Assembly: GCA_045585835.1 (NCBI GenBank) | Contig: JAZMZG010000017.1 | Coordinates: forward strand, 23,377-87,376 | Direction: 5' to 3' | From: Eubacteriales bacterium | Lineage (GTDB): Bacteria > Bacillota > Clostridia > Oscillospirales > CAG-272 | Length of the DNA: 64,000 bases | Shown here: positions 57,056 through 64,000 of the stretch, one piece after another | How the letters are laid out: the number at the start of each line of letters is the position of its first letter | Position numbering within the stretch: position 1 is the stretch's first letter | The notes under the pieces: generated by a model | The model's database searches: none | What the model saw: the letters and a program-made list of their open reading frames with translations, nothing else | What the model was told of the DNA's origin: nothing | Made by a program: the position numbers and the translations under genes

Positions 57056-58573
57056 CTATGAAAGAACTTTCTTTCTTATTCCAAGCATCGAAAAAACGTC
57101 TTCTTTTGTTTCGGGTGAGCTTATCAGCATAAAAAGTGCGTATATGCTCAAATTCATCAAAAGCCTTATAAATAATCCGAGTCCCGTTGCGGGGATAGCC
57201 TTACCGAGAGTGGCAGAGAGCATACCGGAAGCAAGTGCGCATATAAGCGGATTTATCACGTCCGTAAACGGTAAAAGCTCCGTGCCGCTCGTTTTTAAAA
57301 GTTCCCTTATACTTAAAAGCGTATTCATCGTTTCGGTGAAAAATATCATTATGACGTATCCCGTGACTTGATATTTCGGTATCAAAAAATATACCATAAC
57401 GACACTTACGACCGAATCGAGCAGATTGTATCCCATTGAAGCAACTTGCTTGTCAAGTCCTTTTAACATACTGTCTGCGCAAATGTCGAGGTACATTATC
57501 GGTATAAGCGGTGAAAAAATGCGCAAAAATACCGCACATTCGCTGTTTTTATATAGTGTATGCGCCAAAATGTCGGAACAAAAGAACATAACAGAGGATA
57601 TCATAAACGAAAAGACTAGTGTCAGATGTACCACGCGCCTTACGGTACGCTTTGTGGCATAATCGTTATTTTTCGTTCTGCTTTCCGTTATTGCGGGTAC
57701 AAGCAGAGAGGAAAGAGAGCGGAGCACACAAGAAGGAAACATAACCACCTGAAGCGCCATTCCGTGCATTACGCCGTAAAGTGCGAGTGCGTTTGCCTGA
57801 TTTACACCGCTTTTTCTAAAGCCTATGGGAACTAAAAGCTGTTGTACGGTAGACAGCGCAGAGCGTAGCTCATATCCGAGTGCATCGGGCAAGGCTATGC
57901 GTAAAAACGGGCGAAAAAACTTCTTTTTTCCGTATACTCGCTTTTCGTCCTTTATTTCCGTATATACGAAGTAAAGCGCAAACAAAAGCGCTATCACCTC
58001 TCCCAAAACATCTGCCCTTGCAATCCTCATACAGCACTGCTCTATCGAAAGACCTTTATTTATGCTCACGGCAACATACGCTATCTGTATCACCTGCGAG
58101 ATGCACTGTACAAAGCCAATCTTTACTACCTTATAAAAAGCGCCGAGATATGCAAGTAAAACTCCGCTTACCGCAAGTATGGGAAGAGAAAGCGAAAGCG
58201 TTTTAAGGGCGCTCGTGCTTCGAGGCTCCTTCAATATGCGGGTCGCAATAAAACCGGCGCCGCTTCTTAATATAACGGTGCAGACAAGTCCCGTAAAGAC
58301 GGCAAGTAAGATTATCTTCGTCAAAAGCGAAAATGCATTGGGGCTTTTACTGTTCTTATCCTCCACGGCAAGCCTTGTCGTAGCAAGTCTGTATCCCGCC
58401 GCAGAGAAGCTGACACCGAGTGCGTAAACGGAGTTGATAAGCGTCATAAGTCCTATGCCCTCCGCTCCCATACGCGAGGTTAAAAATACCGAAAATCCGA
58501 GTCCGAGTCCGCGCATTATAAGGCTTGATGCGGTAGATGCGGCGGTGTATTTGGTCATTTGGCTAAGTCTCAT
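57056..58573 (-). CDS. spoVB: MOP/MurJ-superfamily flippase, SpoVB-like
   Basis: 505 aa, about 14 TM. ASSLIMRGLGLGFSVFLTSRMGAEGIGLMTLINSVY. GGAGGAG RBS. Confidence 0.65.
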   Translation of the reverse strand: MRLSQMTKYTAASTASSLIMRGLGLGFSVFLTSRMGAEGIGLMTLINSVYALGVSFSAAGYRLATTRLAVEDKNSKSPNAFSLLTKIILLAVFTGLVCTVILRSGAGFIATRILKEPRSTSALKTLSLSLPILAVSGVLLAYLGAFYKVVKIGFVQCISQVIQIAYVAVSINKGLSIEQCCMRIARADVLGEVIALLFALYFVYTEIKDEKRVYGKKKFFRPFLRIALPDALGYELRSALSTVQQLLVPIGFRKSGVNQANALALYGVMHGMALQVVMFPSCVLRSLSSLLVPAITESRTKNNDYATKRTVRRVVHLTLVFSFMISSVMFFCSDILAHTLYKNSECAVFLRIFSPLIPIMYLDICADSMLKGLDKQVASMGYNLLDSVVSVVMVYFLIPKYQVTGYVIMIFFTETMNTLLSIRELLKTSGTELLPFTDVINPLICALASGMLSATLGKAIPATGLGLFIRLLMNLSIYALFMLISSPETKEDVFSMLGIRKKVLS

Positions 58574-58620
58574 AGCTCCTCCGTTTAAAATACTCTACCG
58601 CAATTATATTGAGTAAATGC

Positions 58621-58660
58621 AAAAAAAATACCGAGCTTCGTTTTTTCACGAAGCTCGGTT
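58621..58660 (-). terminator. Terminator after the carD-like gene
   Basis: accgagcttcg ttttttca cgaagctcggt, with a T-run on the minus strand. Confidence 0.7.
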
Positions 58661-58667
58661 TTTACAT

Positions 58668-59156
58668 TTAATTTAAAAGTTGTTTTATTTCGGACGGACT
58701 TTTTGAAAGCACGTATGCAAGTTCACCGCAGAAATTTGACTCGGCTTTTCTGTAAACGGAATCGTCCGAGACACGAAGCCTTTTGCCCGCACTGACAAGC
58801 TCGGCATTCTTCTTTGAAAGCGACTTTACCAAAACCGCAAGCTTTTCAAGGTCCGCACCGTCAAGAATATCCCTGAATTTTGCCGCACGAAGCTTATCGT
58901 CGTAAATCCAAAATTCGACGGCGTTTGCATATTCGGCAATTATATTCTCCGCCGTTTGCTTGGAAACGGGCGGGCGCATCTTCTGCTCGGTCTCTTCCTT
59001 TTGGAGCGGAATATATATCCGAGCGTCATCTATGTAAAGCAATTTAAGCACGTAATAATCCTGTTTTTCTTGAAATCCGAATTTTTCTTTTCGGATATCT
59101 TCAATAACGCAAATTCCGTTATTTTTGTATACAACGTAATCGCCAACCTTATGCAT
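58668..59156 (-). CDS. CarD/CdnL-family RNA-polymerase-binding regulator
   Basis: MHKVGDYVVYKNNGICVIEDIRKEKFGFQEKQDYYVLKLL... (Tudor-like N-terminal domain). Confidence 0.8.
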   Translation of the reverse strand: MHKVGDYVVYKNNGICVIEDIRKEKFGFQEKQDYYVLKLLYIDDARIYIPLQKEETEQKMRPPVSKQTAENIIAEYANAVEFWIYDDKLRAAKFRDILDGADLEKLAVLVKSLSKKNAELVSAGKRLRVSDDSVYRKAESNFCGELAYVLSKSPSEIKQLLN

Positions 59157-59277
59157 ATAAAACCTCCGTGCTTTGCTTTGTTACTATTATACCACAAAAA
59201 ATTTAAAAATGTAATATGCATTTTAAACAAAAAGTCGAATTTTTGCGAAAAATACTTATCCGAAAAGGCCATTTTTC

Positions 59278-59306
59278 GCATAAGACGGGCAGTACAAGCA
59301 TAGGAT
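59278..59306 (+). promoter_or_regulatory. Candidate sigma-E-type promoter of the spoIIIA operon
   Basis: GCATAAG, 14-nt spacer, CATAGGAT, compared with the consensus kmATATT-N14-CATACAnT. It lies about 20 nt upstream of the spoIIIAA ATG. Confidence 0.3.
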
Positions 59307-59327
59307 TTTGTGTAAAGGAGAATTGAT

Positions 59328-60209
59328 ATGGGAAAGACTGACGATATCGTAAAACTTCTGCCCGAAAGCATACGGCTTTCTCTTTCAAGCTGCGACAGGA
59401 GCTTTTTTGGGGCTATAAGAGAGATACACCTTCGCATCGGTGCGCCTATGCTCATATGTGTCGGGGCGGGTAATTATTTTATTTCCTCAAGCGGTAAACC
59501 CTCCGCTTCCCCCGTAGGCACCATTGTGACACGTGAGCTTTTATGCGAGTGCGTAAAGCGTCTTTGCCACGGCTCCGTATACAGTTTTGAGGATACGGTA
59601 CGAAATGGATATATCCCCTTTGATGACGGGTTTAGAATAGGCGTTGCGGGTGAAATGTTCACCTCCCGAGACGGTAAAAAAACCGTTGGAAACATAAGCT
59701 CGATAAATATTCGGATACCTCACGACGTAAAAGACGTTGCCGGTGAGCTTTTACCGCTTTTTACAAAAGGAGAGCTTTGCGGAGTTTTGGTGTATTCTCC
59801 TCCGGGAGGGGGAAAAACAACGCTTTTACGTGACCTTGCCTCAAAGCTTGCCTCGGGAAAAGCTCTTGCTCCTCTAAAAGTAGCAATAGCAGACGAGCGC
59901 CGTGAATTCGGCAGAAGTGGTGCGCTTGCGCTATGTGATGTGTACAGCGGATATGCGAAAGCCGAAGCCATTGAATTTGCAACAAGAACGATGGCGCCCG
60001 AGGTAATAATATGCGACGAGATAGGCACGTTTTCGGAGGCTGAGGCTATACTCAACGTTCAAAGCACGGGTACTGCTTTGGTAGCCTCTGCACACGCAAG
60101 AAATAAAAAGGAGCTGTATGCGCGTCCCGCAATAAAGCTGCTTCTTGACGCAGGCGTTTTCGGATACGTATATTCCATAGCCGAAAAAAAGCTCGAGCGT
60201 ATTTTATGA
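59328..60209 (+). CDS. spoIIIAA: Stage III sporulation protein AA (ATPase)
   Basis: Walker A SPPGGGKTTLLRDL, Walker B VIICDEIG. First gene of an eight-gene overlapping operon. Confidence 0.88.
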   Translation: MGKTDDIVKLLPESIRLSLSSCDRSFFGAIREIHLRIGAPMLICVGAGNYFISSSGKPSASPVGTIVTRELLCECVKRLCHGSVYSFEDTVRNGYIPFDDGFRIGVAGEMFTSRDGKKTVGNISSINIRIPHDVKDVAGELLPLFTKGELCGVLVYSPPGGGKTTLLRDLASKLASGKALAPLKVAIADERREFGRSGALALCDVYSGYAKAEAIEFATRTMAPEVIICDEIGTFSEAEAILNVQSTGTALVASAHARNKKELYARPAIKLLLDAGVFGYVYSIAEKKLERIL

Positions 60210-60649
60210 AATACGCAGGTGCTCTTATTTTTGCCGTTTGCGCATCAATCGGCGGATTTTACAAAAGCCGTGAAATAAAGCTGTGCGCACAAAGCTGTAA
60301 GGAAATAGCCGCCTTCGCCCGAGCGGTCGCTTCATATATAAACGAGTTAAAGCTCCCGCTTAGTGACATATACCGCCGCCTTTCTCCCTCAAATAAGCTC
60401 GCAAGGTGTCTTACGAGCGGTGAAAAGTATGAGATAAATGCAGACCGTGAACTTGAAGCAAGGCTTACGTATTTTTTCGAAAAAATAGGCGGCGGTTTTT
60501 CCGAAGAAGAGATCGCTCTATGTAGGGAGCTTGAAGAATTTGCTCTGCAAAAGCAGGCGCTTTACGATAAGGAATATCAGTCAAAGGGCGTGCTTTACCG
60601 CAGTCTTGGGCTTATAGCGGGTCTTGCAACGATGATAGTTATTGCTTAA
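60206..60649 (+). CDS. spoIIIAB: Stage III sporulation protein AB
   Basis: ATGA overlap with AA. N- and C-terminal TM helices. Size and position as in spoIIIAB. Confidence 0.75.
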   Translation: MKYAGALIFAVCASIGGFYKSREIKLCAQSCKEIAAFARAVASYINELKLPLSDIYRRLSPSNKLARCLTSGEKYEINADRELEARLTYFFEKIGGGFSEEEIALCRELEEFALQKQALYDKEYQSKGVLYRSLGLIAGLATMIVIA

Positions 60650-60661
60650 AGGAGAAGGGAC

Positions 60662-60856
60662 TTGGATATTTCACTTATTTTAAAGCTGACCGGACTTGGT
60701 CTTCTTGTTTCCCTTGCCTGTCAAATACTTAAAAAAAGCGGACACGATGAGCAGGCAACGTTTATTTCCGTGACCGGCATCATCATAGGCTTTCTTTTGA
60801 CGGTAAATAAAATAAGCGAGATAGTTGAGCTTGTGCGGGGGGTGTTCTCTCTTTGA
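60662..60856 (+). CDS. spoIIIAC: Stage III sporulation protein AC
   Basis: 64 aa, two TM helices. (M)DISLILKLTGLGLLVSLACQILKKSGHDEQATFISVTG... TTG start with an AAGGAGA RBS. Confidence 0.8.
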   Translation: MDISLILKLTGLGLLVSLACQILKKSGHDEQATFISVTGIIIGFLLTVNKISEIVELVRGVFSL

Positions 60857-61224
60857 GCATTTTTTCTTTGTGCGGATTTATAATACTTTCCGCTATTCTC
60901 GCAGCTGTTTTAAAGGGCACGAACAGCTCCGCCTGCCACGCTGTTGTGTGGGTTGCCATAGTGGGAAGCGCTCTGTATGCTCTATCTGAAATAAAGCCCG
61001 TCACAGAGCTTATAGGTGAGCTTGGAGATATCTCGGGAATGAAAACCGTTATGAAGGCTTTGGGGATAAGCTTCTTCTGTTCCCTCTCGTGCGATCTGTG
61101 TAAGGCAACGGGCGACAGCTCCCTTGCAAAATCAATAGAGCTTTCAGGAAAAGCCGTTATCTGCGCCATGTGTATACCTATGGTGAAAAATCTTATAGAT
61201 ATCATAGGAGAAATGACGGCGTGA
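60853..61224 (+). CDS. spoIIIAD: Stage III sporulation protein AD
   Basis: 123 aa, four TM helices. ...CDLCKATGDSSLAKSIELSGKAVICAMCIPMV. Confidence 0.8.
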   Translation: MSIFSLCGFIILSAILAAVLKGTNSSACHAVVWVAIVGSALYALSEIKPVTELIGELGDISGMKTVMKALGISFFCSLSCDLCKATGDSSLAKSIELSGKAVICAMCIPMVKNLIDIIGEMTA

Positions 61225-62318
61225 AAAGGCTTATATGCATTTTTATTTTATTTTTTGCGTTTGCTCCCAAGATAAGCGCCGCAGACACGGACAGTCTTTA
61301 CTCGGAATTTAATTTTTCCGAGCTTTACGATACTATAAGCGACGATGCCAAAAACGAGCTCGGCAAAATCGAGGATTTTAACACCGACAGCATTTCGCCA
61401 AAAGGAATCATAAGCTACGTTTTATCTGCCGTATCAAGCTGTATCTTGCCATTTTTTAAGGACCTTGCGATCCTTTTTACGTTTTTGTGCACAGTAGCAT
61501 TCATAAAAAAGCTGTGCGACGGTTTTTCCGGCTTTCCGCATACGCAAAAATGCGTAAGCTATGCCGTGATACTCGCCCTTTCTTTAATGGTATACAATCA
61601 ATTAAATTCCGACTTTAAGGCAGTAAACGAATTTTTACTTAACATCCAAGCCTATTATGCAAGCGCAGTTCCCATAATGACCGGAATGTACGCTTTGGGA
61701 GGTAATACCGCACAGGCGGCGGCAAACGGTGCCGTATCGACCGTAATGCTTTCGGTAGCGTCATTTTTATGTAAAGACCTCGTCTTGCCCGCCGCAAGAC
61801 TCAATTTTGCCCTCTCTCTTGCAAGCTTCGATACGATAAAGCTGGGGTATCTTACAAAGACCGTCACCGGCTTTTGCAGTAAATTTTTAGCTGTAACGAT
61901 GGGGCTTGTAGCATCGGGTATGCTCCTTTCGGTAAAGCTCGCATCAAGCGCAGACGGAATAGGCATACGGGTGCTTAAATTTGCCGCCTCCTCATTTGTC
62001 CCCATTGTCGGCAGCGCTTTAAGCGAAGCCACAACCACGCTTACGCATTCCGTACAGGTCATACGCTCAGGATTCGGTATATTCGGAATTGCGGTGATAC
62101 TTTATATGATAGTGCCCATTATCGTGCGCATATGGGTGGGAAAATTCGCATTTTCTCTTGCCTCAAGCTTTGCAAATTTCTTGGACTGCAAAAACGAGGG
62201 TACTTTTTTGGGACAATGCAGTGCGATATACTCTCTTGCTCTTTCCGCGCTCTTCGGTATTTCGATGTGTTTTGTTCTTGCTCTTACGGTATTCGTTAAT
62301 ACAGCGGCGGTGAAGTGA
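61221..62318 (+). CDS. spoIIIAE: Stage III sporulation protein AE
   Basis: GTG 61221 gives the signal peptide (M)KRLICIFILFFAFAPKISAAD, followed by a multi-TM body. The track start at 61170 overlaps AD. Confidence 0.8.
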   Translation: MKRLICIFILFFAFAPKISAADTDSLYSEFNFSELYDTISDDAKNELGKIEDFNTDSISPKGIISYVLSAVSSCILPFFKDLAILFTFLCTVAFIKKLCDGFSGFPHTQKCVSYAVILALSLMVYNQLNSDFKAVNEFLLNIQAYYASAVPIMTGMYALGGNTAQAAANGAVSTVMLSVASFLCKDLVLPAARLNFALSLASFDTIKLGYLTKTVTGFCSKFLAVTMGLVASGMLLSVKLASSADGIGIRVLKFAASSFVPIVGSALSEATTTLTHSVQVIRSGFGIFGIAVILYMIVPIIVRIWVGKFAFSLASSFANFLDCKNEGTFLGQCSAIYSLALSALFGISMCFVLALTVFVNTAAVK

Positions 62319-62319
62319 T

Positions 62320-62811
62320 ATGGATTTTGCGGGTTGGATATATCTTGTGGCAACGTCTGCCGTTATATGTTCGTTTTGCACGCTCTTAATACCAAACGAA
62401 GCTTTTTCAAAGCATATCGAGCTTATTATATGCCTTGCATTTTTGCTCACCGTCCTTTCCCCCGTTGCAAAAGCCGTAAAAAAGCTTCCTACACTGATAA
62501 AAATCGAAAGCGACGTTATATTCGACGAGAGCGGCGAATACAATGAATTGGGAAGTCAATATATTGAGCTGAAAACGGAAGAGATAATAAAAAAACAAAT
62601 ATTTTCTCTTATTGCGGAAAAAACGGGTGTCAGCGCTTTTTCGCTCACCTTTGAGCCTTCATTTACCGAAAGCGGAATGCTCGACGGCGCAAGGCTTATA
62701 TGCAAATGCGAAAGCCCTGCTGTATACACCGTTTTGGACATCAAAAAAAGACAGCTCGAAACTTATCTTGAAAGACTTTTAATTTGCGAGGTGAAGATAG
62801 AGGTGGAATGA
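62320..62811 (+). CDS. spoIIIAF: Stage III sporulation protein AF
   Basis: 163 aa, two N-terminal TM helices. Position in the operon. Confidence 0.7.
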   Translation: MDFAGWIYLVATSAVICSFCTLLIPNEAFSKHIELIICLAFLLTVLSPVAKAVKKLPTLIKIESDVIFDESGEYNELGSQYIELKTEEIIKKQIFSLIAEKTGVSAFSLTFEPSFTESGMLDGARLICKCESPAVYTVLDIKKRQLETYLERLLICEVKIEVE

Positions 62812-63131
62812 AATTTTCAAATAAAAAAGCAGGGCTTATTACCTTAGTTGCAATTATCGGAATACTTTTGATGCTTGCGGGTATGTTACTTCCGCAACTT
62901 ACGAAAAACGAAGAAGAAAAAAGCGACCTTGAGCTTCGCTATGAGCAAGCAATAATGAAGCTTGACAGCATAAGCGAGGCGGAGGTCATAATCCAAAAAA
63001 GCGGCGATAAGATAACGGGAGCCGTTGCGGTATGCAAGGGAGGCTCGGACAGCGTCAGAGAAACCGTCACAAACCTCTTGTGCTCGGGGCTTGATCTTCC
63101 CGCAAACCGTATTTACGTTGTGTGCAATTAA
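62808..63131 (+). CDS. spoIIIAG: Stage III sporulation protein AG (short form, 107 aa)
   Basis: ATGA overlap with AF. TM helix LITLVAIIGILLMLAGMLL, then a compact alpha-beta-beta-alpha-beta-like C-terminus ...EAEVIIQKSGDKITGAVAVCKGGSDSVRETVTNLLCSGLDLPANRIYVV. Confidence 0.7.
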   Translation: MKFSNKKAGLITLVAIIGILLMLAGMLLPQLTKNEEEKSDLELRYEQAIMKLDSISEAEVIIQKSGDKITGAVAVCKGGSDSVRETVTNLLCSGLDLPANRIYVVCN

Positions 63132-63157
63132 ATTTAATATAACAAACGGAGGAAACT

Positions 63158-63736
63158 ATGAGTATTTTTAAGAATTTCGGTGAGAAAATCAAAAACATTA
63201 AGCCGTCAAAGCAATTTAAGCGTAACGTTCTGCTTTCGGCGTCCCTTCTTGTGATATGTGCCGCAGTATTTTTGAATTGGCAGCTTAACTCCGGCTCAAA
63301 CGACATTGAGGGGATCACTCCCGCCGGCAGTAATAATGATAAGGTTCTCGGCGAAAGCGTTGAGGTTGGTAACAAGACGGAAAACGATTCCGACTATTTT
63401 GCGGTTTCTGTTATCGACAGAGAAAGAACCCGCGACGAAGCCATCGAAACTCTCCGCGAAATTGTTGAAAATATCGACGTTAGCGAGGAAAGCAAAAAAG
63501 AAGCTATGGATAAAATGACCTCTCTTGCGGACTCTATGACAAAGGAAGTCAATATCGAAAACCTCGTTATAGCAAAGGGCTTTTCGGACTGCGTTGCGGT
63601 CGTAAACGGTGAAAGCGTTGACGTTATCGTAAAATCAACGGGACTTTTGCCTAACGAAGTGGCACAGATAAGAGATATCGTAATTGAGCAAACGGGCGCA
63701 ACACTTGACAACATAAGAATTATCGAACACGAATAA
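63158..63736 (+). CDS. spoIIIAH: Stage III sporulation protein AH
   Basis: N-terminal TM, then the C-terminal domain ...NIENLVIAKGFSDCVAVVNGESVDVIVKS...QIRDIVIEQTG. Last gene of the operon. Confidence 0.8.
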   Translation: MSIFKNFGEKIKNIKPSKQFKRNVLLSASLLVICAAVFLNWQLNSGSNDIEGITPAGSNNDKVLGESVEVGNKTENDSDYFAVSVIDRERTRDEAIETLREIVENIDVSEESKKEAMDKMTSLADSMTKEVNIENLVIAKGFSDCVAVVNGESVDVIVKSTGLLPNEVAQIRDIVIEQTGATLDNIRIIEHE

Positions 63737-63770
63737 GGATAAAATTCCTCTCCGCTCGGAGAGGGGGCAA

Positions 63771-63810
63771 TATAAAACGGGAAGGCTGATTTATGCCTTC
63801 CCGTTTTATT
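63771..63810. terminator. Bidirectional terminator after spoIIIAH
   Basis: ataaaacgggaaggc tgatttat gccttcccgttttat. Confidence 0.75.
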
Positions 63811-63811
63811 A

Positions 63812-64000
63812 TTACATCAATTTGTCAATGCTTACTTCAAATACTTGCGCAAAGCCTTTAAGCTCTATGTCAGTCACAAATCTTCTTCCGCACTCTATTC
63901 TCTGTATGGCGTTTTTATCCACGTCTATTCCGATAAGCTGCATTTTATCCGCAAGACCTCTTTGCGAAAGCTTCGTCGGATAGGCTAACCTTAACTTACG
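63812..64000 (-). CDS. XRE-family HTH protein, C-terminal part (5' end beyond the right window edge)
   Basis: Reverse frame reads ...LAYPTKLSQRGLADKMQLIGIDVDKNAIQRIECGRRFVTDIELKGFAQVFEVSIDKLM*. It is not in the ORF track because there is no start in the window. Confidence 0.65.
   Translation of the reverse strand, partial: RKLRLAYPTKLSQRGLADKMQLIGIDVDKNAIQRIECGRRFVTDIELKGFAQVFEVSIDKLM

Noticed and set aside
59157-59327. Strong sporulation-sigma promoter for spoIIIA
   Set aside because: Only a partial match to the sigma-E consensus was found (listed at low confidence). I cannot distinguish sigma-E from sigma-G or sigma-A by eye.

Overview
This 64-kb window looks like core chromosome of a spore-forming Firmicute of class Clostridia. 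G+C is mid-40s % by eye. The serpin lipoprotein, the IspDF fusion and the general gene content resemble gut Oscillospiraceae or [Eubacterium] siraeum-like organisms, but that is only a guess.

I support about 60 protein-coding genes:
- Translation: rpsB-tsf, rpsU, ileS, trpS.
- Amino-acid metabolism: argG-argH, serC-serA, metK, and a TrpB2-type gene behind a Trp T-box.
- Amino-sugar metabolism: glmM, an LbH acetyltransferase, nagB.
- Glycolysis and isoprenoids: pfkA, mgsA, ispDF.
- Sporulation: yabP-yabQ-divIC, a spoVB-like gene, a DUF3794/LysM protein, and the complete spoIIIAA-AH operon.

There are five tRNAs (Lys-TTT, Asp-GTC, Thr-GGT, Ser-GGA, Gln-TTG), all with encoded CCA. A preQ1-I riboswitch sits in front of a VUT/YhhQ-type transporter. 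Several near-consensus sigma-A promoters carry the Gram-positive TRTG extended -10, and there are many rho-independent terminators. A large cyclic beta-glucan-synthase-like gene runs off the left edge and is missing from the ORF track because it has no stop in the window.

I found no rRNA, CRISPR array, transposase, integrase or recognisable defence system. I cannot point to a clearly novel multi-gene system.

The things most worth a second look:
1. An AT-rich block next to tRNA-Lys (about 9.4-13.1 kb). It holds an XRE regulator, twin operator palindromes and an operon of zinc-ribbon membrane proteins and small lipoproteins, plus a neighbouring gene split by an in-frame TAA.
2. A duplicated ~117-bp multi-hairpin unit that contains direct and inverted echoes of the tRNA-Ser 3' end.
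3. A 21-bp tandem array of mini-hairpins between tRNA-Gln and ferritin.
4. A tight operon of ldhA, a 4Fe-4S protein, a four-domain flavodiiron protein and ferritin, divergent from a Crp/Fnr regulator with a palindrome in the shared control region.
5. A lipoprotein serpin.
6. A decayed Cthe_2159-like lipoprotein gene with a poly-A frameshift plus an in-frame TAG.
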